The notes beneath the pieces are model-generated. The model was not told where the DNA came from, did no database searches, and saw only the letters and a program-made list of their open reading frames with translations. The position numbers were made by a program, and so were the translations under genes. Below, piece after piece: positions 1-9,288 of a stretch of DNA of 54,255 nucleotides (its first letter is position 1; each line of letters starts with the position of its first letter). This DNA comes from Actinomycetota bacterium (lineage in GTDB: Bacteria; Actinomycetota; Actinomycetes; S36-B12). The DNA lies in NCBI GenBank assembly GCA_010029945.1, contig RGQW01000001.1, positions 1 through 54,255 of the forward strand. Direction: 5' to 3'.

Positions 1-47
1 TTACCCTTGGCTGTGTAGGGGTATTTCTTACCATTCACCATCGGCAT
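1..47 (-). CDS. 5' end of an unidentified gene that runs out of the window (MPMVNGKKYPYTAKG...)
   Basis: ATG at 47-45 (minus strand), preceded by AAGGAGAG (53-60) at 5-nt spacing. It lies in a stretch of about 45 percent GC (hand count of 1-150), unlike the rest of the window. Only 15 codons are visible and I recognise no family. Confidence 0.3.
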   Translation of the reverse strand, partial: MPMVNGKKYPYTAKG

Positions 48-500
48 TTAGTCTCTCCTTGCTCCAAAACCCAACCGTCTATGCGGTGTCTGTGAATTTC
101 TAATCCAGTGTGCTTTTTGTTGCGGATATCGCTCAGAAAGATATTTCCGCATGTCTCGAACGATCTCTCGCTGCACTTGTCCAGTGAGCACCATCTCGAC
201 CACCTGCATCACCTCCGGTGTGGTGACGCGCAGGCCGCCCCGGAATTCTGATTCGATGCCGAGTTGTTCGAGCATCGCATTGATTTGCGGCCCTCCTCCG
301 TGGACGACGACCGGACGCAGACCTGCGAGCCGTAAGAAGACGACATCCTCGGCGAACGCGGCCGTCAGGTCCGCGTCGACCATTGCGTTGCCGCCGAATT
401 TCACCACCACCGTCGCCCCATGGAATCGCCGCAACCAAGGAAGGGCGCCGGCGAGAACCGCTGCCTTGTCCTTGGCTTCGTCGATAGATCGATTCGTCAT
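48..500 (-). pseudogene. argB: acetylglutamate kinase, N-terminal fragment only; homology ends near 159 and the frame continues into unrelated sequence
   Basis: The translation shows ArgB hallmarks ([41 protein letters not shown]). After about residue 114 it becomes [18 protein letters not shown]... with no ArgB resemblance and stops at TAA 48-50. A full-length ArgB would have roughly 180 more residues. Confidence 0.7.
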
Positions 501-508
501 TCCCGCTC

Positions 509-1729
509 CTAGGTGGAATACGCCGAGTTCTCATGGACGTAATCGGCGGTCAGGTCGTTCGTCCATACCGTGACCGTCGAGGGGCCTGCCTTCAGGTGAA
601 CGTCGATGACGACATCGCGTTGACTCATGTCGACTCCCTCACGCGGGTCGCCGACTCCGCCACCTCGGCACACCGTGACGCCGTTGATCGCGACATCGAC
701 ATGATCGGACTCGAAGGCGGCCGTGGTGGTTCCCAAAGCAGACAGGACCCTGCCCCAATTCGGATCTTCTCCGTGGATGGCGCACTTGAGCAGATTGCTC
801 CGCGCAATAGTCCGGGCAGCCTCGAGTGCGTCGCTCTCACTTTCTGCTTCATGCACGGTGATGGCGATGTCCTTGGAGGCTCCCTCGGCATCGGCGATTA
901 ATTGCTGCGCAAGGTCGACACACAGATCCGTCAGGACTGTGGTGAATTCGTCGATGTCCGGCGCCGTCTGGGCGGAGCCACTGGCCATCACGATGACGGC
1001 GTCGTTCGTGGACATGCATCCATCAGAGTCGATTCGGTCGAAACTCACCGAGGTCGCGTGCCGCAGGGCTGCATCGAGCGCCGCGGCGGGAACATCCGCA
1101 TCGGTAGTGATGAAAACGAGCATCGTCGCCAGGCCGGGAGCGAGCATGCCGGCGCCCTTGGCCATGCCACCTACGACGTAGCCGTCGCCTTCGCGTACCG
1201 CGGTCTTGGGAACGGTGTCGGTCGTCATGATCGCCTCGGCCGCGCTCTGGCCGGCCATCGACGACCCGTCGTCCGACATGGATCCCGACGGCGGATCAAC
1301 AGCAGCACCTGGTGCCCCAACGTCGACAACGACGGTGTCGATGCCGGCATTCACCAGGTCCATCGGGAGAAGTTCACCGATCAAACCCGTCGAGCACACC
1401 AGGACGTCACCGGCGCCGATCTCCCGGCCACCCGCCTGCAGTGCGGCAGCAGTGCGCTCGGCCATGGTGTGGCTATCAGCGAACCCTTGAGGTCCGGTGC
1501 ACGCGTTCGCTCCCCCAGAATTCACGATCACCGCACGAGCGCTGCCGTCGGCTATGACCTGACGCGACCACAGCACCGGAGCCGCAGGAAAGCGGTTGCT
1601 GGTGAACACAGCCGCCGCAGCATCTGATGGTCCATCGTTGACGATGATCGCGAGGTCTCGCCGTCCCGATGGCTTGATGCCCGCGGCTATTCCCAGCGCC
1701 CGGAACCCTTGCGCAGCGGTCACGCTCAT
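509..1729 (-). CDS. argJ: bifunctional glutamate N-acetyltransferase / amino-acid acetyltransferase (ornithine acetyltransferase)
   Basis: ArgJ-like throughout, including the autoprocessing region [14 protein letters not shown] and the C-terminal [10 protein letters not shown]. Start trimmed to the ATG at 1729, which overlaps the argC stop (ATGA). Confidence 0.93.
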   Translation of the reverse strand: MSVTAAQGFRALGIAAGIKPSGRRDLAIIVNDGPSDAAAAVFTSNRFPAAPVLWSRQVIADGSARAVIVNSGGANACTGPQGFADSHTMAERTAAALQAGGREIGAGDVLVCSTGLIGELLPMDLVNAGIDTVVVDVGAPGAAVDPPSGSMSDDGSSMAGQSAAEAIMTTDTVPKTAVREGDGYVVGGMAKGAGMLAPGLATMLVFITTDADVPAAALDAALRHATSVSFDRIDSDGCMSTNDAVIVMASGSAQTAPDIDEFTTVLTDLCVDLAQQLIADAEGASKDIAITVHEAESESDALEAARTIARSNLLKCAIHGEDPNWGRVLSALGTTTAAFESDHVDVAINGVTVCRGGGVGDPREGVDMSQRDVVIDVHLKAGPSTVTVWTNDLTADYVHENSAYST

Positions 1730-2760
1730 GGCGCAATCCCGATGAGATCGAGTCCGCACGCCTCGTCGAGCCCGAGCATGAGATTGGCATTCTGAATTGC
1801 TTGACCGGCAGCTCCCTTACCGAGGTTGTCGATAACCGAAACGACGATGACCCGACCGGCGTGCTCGTCTACCGAGACCTGCACCTGGGCTCCGTTGGTG
1901 CCGAGCACCGCACCGGTCGTCGGCCACTGCCCCTCGTCGAGCACCGTGACGAACTGCTCGTCGGAGTAGGCGGCGCGAATGATCGCGCCGGGATCGTGTC
2001 CCGGCAAAACCGGAGCAGAGCACGTAGCGACGATTCCTCGAGGCATCGGGGCGAGCAACGGTGTGAAAGACACCCGAACAGCAGAAGGATCCTCGCCTGC
2101 CGCGGCCGCGATGGACTGCTCCATCTCCGGGGTGTGCTGATGGATGCCGCCAACTTTGTAGGCCGACATCGAACCCATCACCGATGTGGCGAGCAGTGAG
2201 TCGCTGGGTTTACGCCCGGCACCAGAGGTGCCCGATGCCGCAACGACAACGATGTCCGTTGAATCGATGGCCGCCGCATGCGCCAACGGCGCAAGAGCGA
2301 GTGCTACCGCCGTCGGGTAGCAGCCCGGGTTGGCGACGCGGGTGCTGGCGGCTATCTGGCCGCGAACTCCCGGGAGTTCGGCAAGGCCGTACGTCCAGGA
2401 TCCGGCGTGCGTGCCGCCGTAGAACGCGGTCCAGGCGTCGGAGGAGACCAACCGGAAGTCCGCACCCAGATCCACCACCAATGTTTCTGCGGGCAGTTGT
2501 TCGACCAGAGCGGCTGACTCCCCGTGGGGCAGTGCCGTGAAGACCAGGTCGGCTTGCCCGAGAACCGACGGCGTTGTTTCGTCGAGAATCAACCCAGCCC
2601 AGGGCGTTGCTGAAAATTGCGGGTGAACTGCCCCGAGGGCCTCCCCTGCTCGCCCGGCAGCGCACGCAGCGATGAGGTCGAAGGTGGGGTGCTGCGCCAG
2701 ATAGCGCAGGAGTTCACCCCCTGCGTACCCCGAGGCGCCGGCTACCGCGACAGTGGTCAT
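1726..2760 (-). CDS. argC: N-acetyl-gamma-glutamyl-phosphate reductase
   Basis: N-terminal VAVAGASGYAGGELLR nucleotide-binding motif and the catalytic Cys context VANPGCYPTA. 344 aa. Confidence 0.95.
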   Translation of the reverse strand: MTTVAVAGASGYAGGELLRYLAQHPTFDLIAACAAGRAGEALGAVHPQFSATPWAGLILDETTPSVLGQADLVFTALPHGESAALVEQLPAETLVVDLGADFRLVSSDAWTAFYGGTHAGSWTYGLAELPGVRGQIAASTRVANPGCYPTAVALALAPLAHAAAIDSTDIVVVAASGTSGAGRKPSDSLLATSVMGSMSAYKVGGIHQHTPEMEQSIAAAAGEDPSAVRVSFTPLLAPMPRGIVATCSAPVLPGHDPGAIIRAAYSDEQFVTVLDEGQWPTTGAVLGTNGAQVQVSVDEHAGRVIVVSVIDNLGKGAAGQAIQNANLMLGLDEACGLDLIGIAP

Positions 2761-2763
2761 GGG

Positions 2764-2791
2764 AAAAGTATACGCATATGCACATACTTTT
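2764..2791. promoter_or_regulatory. AT-rich 28-bp near-palindrome abutting the argC start: putative ArgR operator (ARG box) overlapping a -10 element
   Basis: AAAAGTAT-AC-GCATATGC-AC-ATACTTTT is self-complementary at 24 of 28 positions. On the minus strand TATACT sits 6 nt upstream of the argC ATG, and no Shine-Dalgarno is present. Confidence 0.5.
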
Positions 2792-2829
2792 TACCCCCGG
2801 GACCATGTCCGGTGCCTGATGAGCGCCCG

Positions 2830-5307
2830 TTACCGCAACCGCGCCCCCACGTCCGCGGACGTGCTCTGCACGATCGATTCACGAATACCGGCCAACTCCT
2901 CGGCGCTGAGCGTTCGATCCGGGGCCCGGAAACGAAGGGCGAATGCCACCGACTTATGTCCGTCGGGCACCTGGTCGCCCTCGTAGACGTCGAACAGTGA
3001 CAGGCTCTCGAGTAGCTCGCCCGCTCCCCTCTCGATCGACGCCGCCACGTCGCGCGCGGAGACATCACCGGCCACCACCAAGGCGATGTCCTCTTTGGCG
3101 ATCGGATGAGAGGAGAAATCCGGTGCGGGCCGAACCTCGGGGCTGGACTCGATGGCGCGGGATATGTCGAGCTCCAGCGCACACGAGCGAGGCGGCAGCC
3201 CCCAGGCCTCGGTGACAGCGGGATGAAGCTCACCGGCGATCGCCACCGGCTCACCGTCGACCATCACCTGGGCGCACCGACCCGGGTGAAAGGACGGATC
3301 GTCGCCTCGCTCGACAACGTATTCCACGCCGAGCACCTGGCAGACATCCTGAGCAACCGACAGGGCATCGGCCCAGGTGAATGCCTCGGCGTCATCGGCC
3401 CAGGTCTTCGCCACTCGATTTCCCGTGAACACGGCACCCAGGTGCGTCGGCTGATCGGGAAGAAGGTCCTGCAACTGCTGCCACTCTTCGTCGCTGGGGC
3501 GCTGGTCGACTCCAGGTCGCGGAGCATGCTGCGATCCCGCAGGTCCGCGGAATACCGCACCCATCTCGAATATCGCCGCGTCGTCGAAACCCCGACTGAC
3601 GTTTCGTTGAGCCGCCACGAGCAACGTCGGAAGGATCGCTGCACGAAGCTTCGGCTGTTCGTCGGAAAGAGGATTCGCCAAGCGCGGTGACACGCGCCGC
3701 TCATCATCGTCGGGCCAGCGCAGAGCATCGGCGTCCGCATCCGATGTGAACGGGTACGTCAGCACCTCCACCAAACCACGCGCCGCGAGCACCATGCCGA
3801 TGCGCCGCCGCAATCGCTGAGCGTGCGTCAGGCCATGTCCGGCAGGAGCCGTGGGAAGGGTGGACGGCAGTTTCGCGTACCCCACGAGGCGCACAACTTC
3901 CTCGACGAGATCGGCCGGGTCGGTGAGGTCCGGACGCCATGAGGGCGGGGCAACGCTCAACTCGCTTCCATCGACGGTTACCGAGCACCCGATAGCTTCG
4001 AGTGTGGCGATCACGTCATGGACAGGAATGTCCATTCCTGCAACCTGCGAGGGCAGGTCACCCGAGATGCGAATGACTCGCTCCTCCATGGGCGCTTCCA
4101 CTGCGGTCATTCCCTGATACGTCCCGCCCGCGAGATCCACCAGCAGCTCGCTGGCTCGGGCCGATGCGACAGGGGCGAGCGCGCGATCGATTCCTCGTTC
4201 GAACCGACGACTGGCTTCACTCGTGAGTCGGTGGCGGCGCCCCATCCTCGCCACGACCTCCGCGCCGAAGTAGGCCGCCTCGAGTGCGATGTTCTCGGTG
4301 TCGTCGGCAATCTCTGTCGTGGCCCCACCCATCGTTCCTGCCAGACCAATGGGTCCACGATCGTCACGGATCGTCAGGTCGTCGACAGACAGCGTGCGCT
4401 CGACATGGTCGATCGTCTCCAGCGACTCCCCCGGCTGCGCTCGACCAGCACGCACCGTTCCCTGCAACGCGTCCAGATCAAAAGCGTGGAGCGGCTGACC
4501 TAGTTCAAGCATCACGTAGTTGGTGATGTCGACCGCAAGCGACACCGATCGCATACCGCAATCCCGGAGGCGATTGCGCATCCATTGCGGCGTCGGCGTA
4601 TGCGGATCGATGCCTGTGATGGTGCGCAAAGTGAACAACGGGCACGCCTCAAGATCATCAGAGGCGCACGCCGCGGGTGCGCGGTCGTCCGCAGGCCCCG
4701 GGAGGGTTTCGGCGCGGTCCACGGGATCGTGGAAGTCCACGCCGTAGGCGATCGCGACTTCGCGCCCGATTCCGCGCAGGGACAGCGCATATCCCCGGTC
4801 GGGGGTGATGGCGATGTCCAGAACATCGTCTCCCGCGCCGAGGATCTGCGACGCGTCGGCGCCGGCCTCCGCCGTGCCCTCGGGCAGCACGATGATGCCC
4901 GCGTGATCATCACCCAGACCGAGTTCACGTTCGGAGCAGATCATTCCGTTTGAGACGTGACCGTACGTCTCGCGAGCCGTGATCGTGAAGTCACCCGGCA
5001 GCGTTGTTCCGGGCGGAGCGACCACCACGAGATCGCCTTCGGTGAAGTTTTGGGCTCCGCAGATGATCCCGCTCGGCTCACCGGCCCCGATGTCGACCTG
5101 ACACCACCGGATCGGCTTCTTGAACTCGGTGAGTTCCTCGATTTCCCGCACGTGACCGACGACGATCGGTCCGGTAAGGCCGGCGCCGACGGTGTCGACG
5201 GTTTCGACCTCGAGTCCGGCAGAAATCAAGCGCTCGGCAACATCGCGTCCGGATTGGTCGGCCGGAACATCGGCGACCTCCCGGATCCACGACAAAGGAA
5301 TACGCAT
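2830..5307 (-). CDS. pheT: phenylalanine--tRNA ligase beta subunit
   Basis: 825 aa. N-terminus MRIPLSWIRE and domain order typical of PheT. Start overlaps the pheS stop. Confidence 0.95.
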   Translation of the reverse strand: MRIPLSWIREVADVPADQSGRDVAERLISAGLEVETVDTVGAGLTGPIVVGHVREIEELTEFKKPIRWCQVDIGAGEPSGIICGAQNFTEGDLVVVAPPGTTLPGDFTITARETYGHVSNGMICSERELGLGDDHAGIIVLPEGTAEAGADASQILGAGDDVLDIAITPDRGYALSLRGIGREVAIAYGVDFHDPVDRAETLPGPADDRAPAACASDDLEACPLFTLRTITGIDPHTPTPQWMRNRLRDCGMRSVSLAVDITNYVMLELGQPLHAFDLDALQGTVRAGRAQPGESLETIDHVERTLSVDDLTIRDDRGPIGLAGTMGGATTEIADDTENIALEAAYFGAEVVARMGRRHRLTSEASRRFERGIDRALAPVASARASELLVDLAGGTYQGMTAVEAPMEERVIRISGDLPSQVAGMDIPVHDVIATLEAIGCSVTVDGSELSVAPPSWRPDLTDPADLVEEVVRLVGYAKLPSTLPTAPAGHGLTHAQRLRRRIGMVLAARGLVEVLTYPFTSDADADALRWPDDDERRVSPRLANPLSDEQPKLRAAILPTLLVAAQRNVSRGFDDAAIFEMGAVFRGPAGSQHAPRPGVDQRPSDEEWQQLQDLLPDQPTHLGAVFTGNRVAKTWADDAEAFTWADALSVAQDVCQVLGVEYVVERGDDPSFHPGRCAQVMVDGEPVAIAGELHPAVTEAWGLPPRSCALELDISRAIESSPEVRPAPDFSSHPIAKEDIALVVAGDVSARDVAASIERGAGELLESLSLFDVYEGDQVPDGHKSVAFALRFRAPDRTLSAEELAGIRESIVQSTSADVGARLR

Positions 5308-6416
5308 CAGGCATCCACCCCGAAAGCGGTGGTGAAGCGCACGTCACCTTCGACCATGTCGCGCATGTCGGTCACAGAGTTTCGGAACATCAAGGTGCGC
5401 TCGATTCCCATGCCGAAGGCGAAGCCCCGATACACGTCGGTGTCGATTCCGACCGCCGCCAAAACACGCGGATTGACCATGCCGCAGCCGCCCCACTCAA
5501 TCCACCCCTCGCTCCCGCAGGTCCGGCACGCGCGCGAGGCGTCACCAACGGAGGCTCCGCGACACACGAAGCATTCGAGATCGACCTCGGCGCTCGGTTC
5601 GGTGAACGGGAAGTACGAAGGGCGAAGTCGGGTCACAATCCCCTCACCGAACATCTGCCGAGCCAGGTGATCCAACGTTCCCTTGAGGTCACCCATGGTC
5701 AGACCTTCGTCCACCGCCAAGCCTTCGATCTGGTGAAACACCGGGGTGTGGGTCGCGTCGAGTTCGTCGGTCCGGTAGACCCGTCCGGGCGCCACGACGT
5801 AGATGGGCAGCGGACGCTCGAGCATCGCGCGAATCTGAATGGGTGACGTCTGCGTTCGGAGCACCACACCGCTGTCGGCTGACTCGACATAGAAGGTGTC
5901 CTGCATGGTGCGCGCCGGATGATCCGGTGGGACGTTGAGCGCATCGAAGTTCGCCCACTCGGCCTCGGCCTCCGGTCCTTCGGCGATGTCGTACCCCATG
6001 GAGATGAAGACATCGGCCATTCGTTCCATGAGCGTCGTGAGCGGATGTCGACCTCCGACGGCGGCACGACCCACCGGCAGCGTGATGTCGACTGCTTCGG
6101 ACTCGAGCACTCGCGCATCGCGCTCCTGCGTGAGAACCACCTCGCGTTCTTCTAGCGCGCTCTTCACGGCAGCACGGGCTTGCCCCACCCGCTTTCCGAC
6201 GTCCGCTTTCGCGGCCGGGGGCAGCGCTCCGATCTCCCGATTGGCCAGAGCTAAGGGCGAACGGTCCCCCGCATGCGCCAGGCGGGCCGCCTTCAGGGCA
6301 TCCAGATCGTCGGCTGCAGCGAAGGCCGCGCGAGCGTCCGCCACCATCGCTTCGACCGCATCAACGTCGAGGGACGCGACCTGCTTGGGATCGAAATTCG
6401 TGTTGGGACCAGACAT
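5307..6416 (-). CDS. pheS: phenylalanine--tRNA ligase alpha subunit
   Basis: 369 aa. Class II motifs FPFTEPSAEVD and GFAFGMGIERTLM. Confidence 0.95.
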   Translation of the reverse strand: MSGPNTNFDPKQVASLDVDAVEAMVADARAAFAAADDLDALKAARLAHAGDRSPLALANREIGALPPAAKADVGKRVGQARAAVKSALEEREVVLTQERDARVLESEAVDITLPVGRAAVGGRHPLTTLMERMADVFISMGYDIAEGPEAEAEWANFDALNVPPDHPARTMQDTFYVESADSGVVLRTQTSPIQIRAMLERPLPIYVVAPGRVYRTDELDATHTPVFHQIEGLAVDEGLTMGDLKGTLDHLARQMFGEGIVTRLRPSYFPFTEPSAEVDLECFVCRGASVGDASRACRTCGSEGWIEWGGCGMVNPRVLAAVGIDTDVYRGFAFGMGIERTLMFRNSVTDMRDMVEGDVRFTTAFGVDA

Positions 6417-6442
6417 GGGACGGTCAGTATCCCAGGAACGCT

Positions 6443-8302
6443 CTATTCGCCGAGGACGGCCCGCGCCAGCGTGTCCACCTGGGTGTCGAGGTCACCGGCA
6501 CCGTCCAGGACCACGTCAGCGTTCTCCGGAGCCTCGTAGCTTTGGCCCATACCCGTCATGTTGGGCAGATTCCCCGCCGCTGCCTTCGCATAGAGGCCCT
6601 TCGGGTCGCGCTCAGCACACACCTCCACCGGGGTGTTCACGAACACTTCGAGGAAGTCGCCCTCGTCGAACAACGCAGCCGCGGCCTCGCGATCGGCTCG
6701 ATACGGCGACACCAGTGCGACGAACACCACGAGCCCAGCGTCGCTCATCAACTTGGCGACTTCCGCGACGCGGCGAACATTCTCCGCTCGGTCTTCCGCG
6801 GTGAATCCGAGATCTTTGTTGAGCCCCGTACGAACATTGTCGCCGTCGAGAACGTATGTATGGACGCCCATGGCGTGCAGTCGTCGAACGGTCGAATCTG
6901 CAATCGTCGACTTGCCCGAGCCCGGTAGTCCGGTCAACCAGACCACGCGACTGGGGTGTCCCATCAAAGCGGTGCGGGCCTGATCTGTGACGTCATACTC
7001 ATGCGGGACCACGTTGAAGGCGCGACGCATGGCGTGCCGCACCAGCCCGGCCGCCACGGTGTCCGCCGTCACTCGATCCACCAGCAGGAAGCCACCGGTG
7101 TCTCGGCACCTGTCGTAGGCATCCATCGGGATGGGACGGTCCGTGGCAACTTCAACTCGGCCGATGTCGTTCATCTCGAGTACTCGGGCGGCGCTCTCGT
7201 GCCCGGAGACGACATCGAGTCGGTGGCGAACGTTCGTCACCGTCGCGGGAACCGAGCGGGAGCCCGACACCAGCAGGTAGGACCGACCATGGGCCAGCGG
7301 CTCTTCACCGATCCACACCATGTCGGCGGAGAAACGGTCTGCTGGCTGCAAGGACGTGCCGTCGGGATCCTTCCCCGCCAGCACATCTCCGCGGGTGACG
7401 TCGACCTCGTGATCGAGGGTGATGGTCACCGCCTGGCCGGTGACGGCTGATGTGGCACCGCCCGAGCGGTCCCCGTCGTAGGTGACGATCCGGTCCACTC
7501 GCGCCGTTCGCCCCGAATCAGCGACGGTGACCTCGTCGCCAGAGGAAATGGATCCCGAGACAACCGTTCCCGCGTAGCCGCGGAAGTTGCCCTCCGCGCG
7601 AACGATGAATTGCACGGGGAAGCGAAATCCGGCCGTCTCCTGCACGACCGCGGGCTCCCAATCGGACAAGAACTCCAACAGGGTTGGGCCGGAATACCAC
7701 GGCATGCTCTCCGAGCCGCCGGTGACGTTATCCCCGGCGAACGCACTCATCGGAATGGCGGCCACGTGTGCAACACCCAGTCGCGTCGCGGTCGCCTGCA
7801 CCGTGGCGACGATGTCGTCGAAGGCGGCCTGTTCGTAGTCGACCAAGTCCATCTTGTTCACCGCGATGATGACCGTCGTCACACCCATCAGGGCACAGAC
7901 CGTCAGGTGCCGGTGTGTTTGCGGACGAACACCACGGGCGGCGTCGACGAGCAGAATCGCCACGTCGCCGTTGGAGGCAGCCACCGCCATGTTCCGGGTG
8001 TATTGCTCGTGCCCCGGCGCATCGGCGATGAGCACTCGCCGACCGTTGGGCAGATTCATGTGTCGGTAGGCCACATCGATGGTGATGCCTTGTTCGCGCT
8101 CGGCTTCCAGGCCATCGGTCAGTAAGGAGAAGTCGACTTCGCCGATCGGGATCGTCGAACCTCCCCGACGCGTCGTGCGGGCGTATTCGAGTTGGTCGAC
8201 CGGAACAGAGTCGGTTTCGGCGAGCAGACGGCCGATCAGCGTCGACTTCCCGTCGTCGACGGAACCGCAGGTCACCAGGTGCAGGACCGGGGTTGCCTCC
8301 AT
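6443..8302 (-). CDS. cysNC: bifunctional sulfate adenylyltransferase subunit 1 (GTPase) / adenylylsulfate kinase
   Basis: GTPase motifs GSVDDGKSTLIGRLL, DAPGHEQYTRNM and NKMDL, plus a C-terminal APS kinase P-loop LTGLPGSGKSTIA. Start trimmed to the ATG at 8302, which shares one base with the cysD stop (TAATG). The longer ORF up to 8740 overlaps cysD and reads as junk. Confidence 0.9.
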   Translation of the reverse strand: MEATPVLHLVTCGSVDDGKSTLIGRLLAETDSVPVDQLEYARTTRRGGSTIPIGEVDFSLLTDGLEAEREQGITIDVAYRHMNLPNGRRVLIADAPGHEQYTRNMAVAASNGDVAILLVDAARGVRPQTHRHLTVCALMGVTTVIIAVNKMDLVDYEQAAFDDIVATVQATATRLGVAHVAAIPMSAFAGDNVTGGSESMPWYSGPTLLEFLSDWEPAVVQETAGFRFPVQFIVRAEGNFRGYAGTVVSGSISSGDEVTVADSGRTARVDRIVTYDGDRSGGATSAVTGQAVTITLDHEVDVTRGDVLAGKDPDGTSLQPADRFSADMVWIGEEPLAHGRSYLLVSGSRSVPATVTNVRHRLDVVSGHESAARVLEMNDIGRVEVATDRPIPMDAYDRCRDTGGFLLVDRVTADTVAAGLVRHAMRRAFNVVPHEYDVTDQARTALMGHPSRVVWLTGLPGSGKSTIADSTVRRLHAMGVHTYVLDGDNVRTGLNKDLGFTAEDRAENVRRVAEVAKLMSDAGLVVFVALVSPYRADREAAAALFDEGDFLEVFVNTPVEVCAERDPKGLYAKAAAGNLPNMTGMGQSYEAPENADVVLDGAGDLDTQVDTLARAVLGE

Positions 8303-9207
8303 TAGAAATACCCCTCGGCTTTCTTGGATTCCATCGATCCGCCACCTTCGCCGTCGATGAGTCGGCCGGCCCGCTCGGAGATTTTCGACTCCTCCATCTC
8401 CGCGATCAGGGTCGGCAGATCGTCGGCGGTGGACTCGACCGCCCCCGTCAGCGGATAGCAGCCCAGGGTGCGAAAACGCACCGATTTCATCTCCGGCGTC
8501 TCGCCTTGCTCGAGCGGGTAACGGTCGTCGTCGACCATGATCCAGGTGCCATCTCGTTGCACGACGGGGCGTTCTTTGGCGAAATACAGAGCCGGAATCT
8601 CGATGCCTTCGCGCTCGATGTAACGCCACACGTCCAGTTCCGTCCAGTTCGAAAGTGGGAACGCGCGCATGGTTTGACCCTCGGCCAAAGCCGTGTTCGC
8701 GGTCCTCCAGAACTCGGGGCGTTGCTTTCGCGGATCCCACCGGTGCCCGGGCTCCCGCAGGCTAAAGATTCTCTCTTTGGCTCGGCTGCGCTCCTCATCC
8801 CGCCGCGCTCCGCCGATGGCCGCATCGAATCCGTAGTGGTCCAGCCCCTCACGAAGGGCAACCGTCTTCATGATGCGCGTGTACTCGTGCGTTCCATGAC
8901 TGAAGGGGCTCACCCCATCTGCTACCGCCTGCTGGTTCGTGGCGATGCGAAGATCGAGGTTGAGTTCTTGCGCACGTCGATCGCGAAACTCGATCATCTC
9001 GCGAAACTTCCACGTTGTATCGATATGCATGACGGGAAAAGGCAGTGGAGCGGGGTGAAAAGCCTTCAGCGCTAGATGCAGGAGCACCGAGGAGTCTTTG
9101 CCGATGCTGTAGAGGAGAACGGGGTTGCGAAATGCGGCCGCCGTTTCTCGATAGATGTGGATCGCCTCCGATTCCAGTTCGTCGAGAACCGCGCTATAGG
9201 CGACCAC
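8302..9207 (-). CDS. cysD: sulfate adenylyltransferase subunit 2
   Basis: PP-loop [13 protein letters not shown] and a CysD-like sequence throughout. Start set at GTG 9207, preceded by GGAGGAG at 5-nt spacing. The longest ORF starts at 9240. Confidence 0.9.
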   Translation of the reverse strand: MVAYSAVLDELESEAIHIYRETAAAFRNPVLLYSIGKDSSVLLHLALKAFHPAPLPFPVMHIDTTWKFREMIEFRDRRAQELNLDLRIATNQQAVADGVSPFSHGTHEYTRIMKTVALREGLDHYGFDAAIGGARRDEERSRAKERIFSLREPGHRWDPRKQRPEFWRTANTALAEGQTMRAFPLSNWTELDVWRYIEREGIEIPALYFAKERPVVQRDGTWIMVDDDRYPLEQGETPEMKSVRFRTLGCYPLTGAVESTADDLPTLIAEMEESKISERAGRLIDGEGGGSMESKKAEGYF

Positions 9208-9288
9208 TGCGACTCCTCCCGCTTGTGTGCACGCGTCCACGCCGGCACGCGTGGGGCTTGATGGTAATCCCGAACTTTTCGACCAGGC

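Noticed and set aside
5935-6804. 289-aa plus-strand ORF across the pheS start and the cysNC end
   Set aside because: It is antisense to two well-supported genes. Its Ser/Arg/Ala/Pro-rich composition is typical of non-coding frames in GC-rich DNA.
8303-8740. 146-codon N-terminal extension of the cysNC ORF
   Set aside because: It overlaps the 3' end of cysD in another frame, is Arg-rich junk, and precedes the canonical GTPase N-terminus ([20 protein letters not shown]). That N-terminus starts exactly at the cysD stop.
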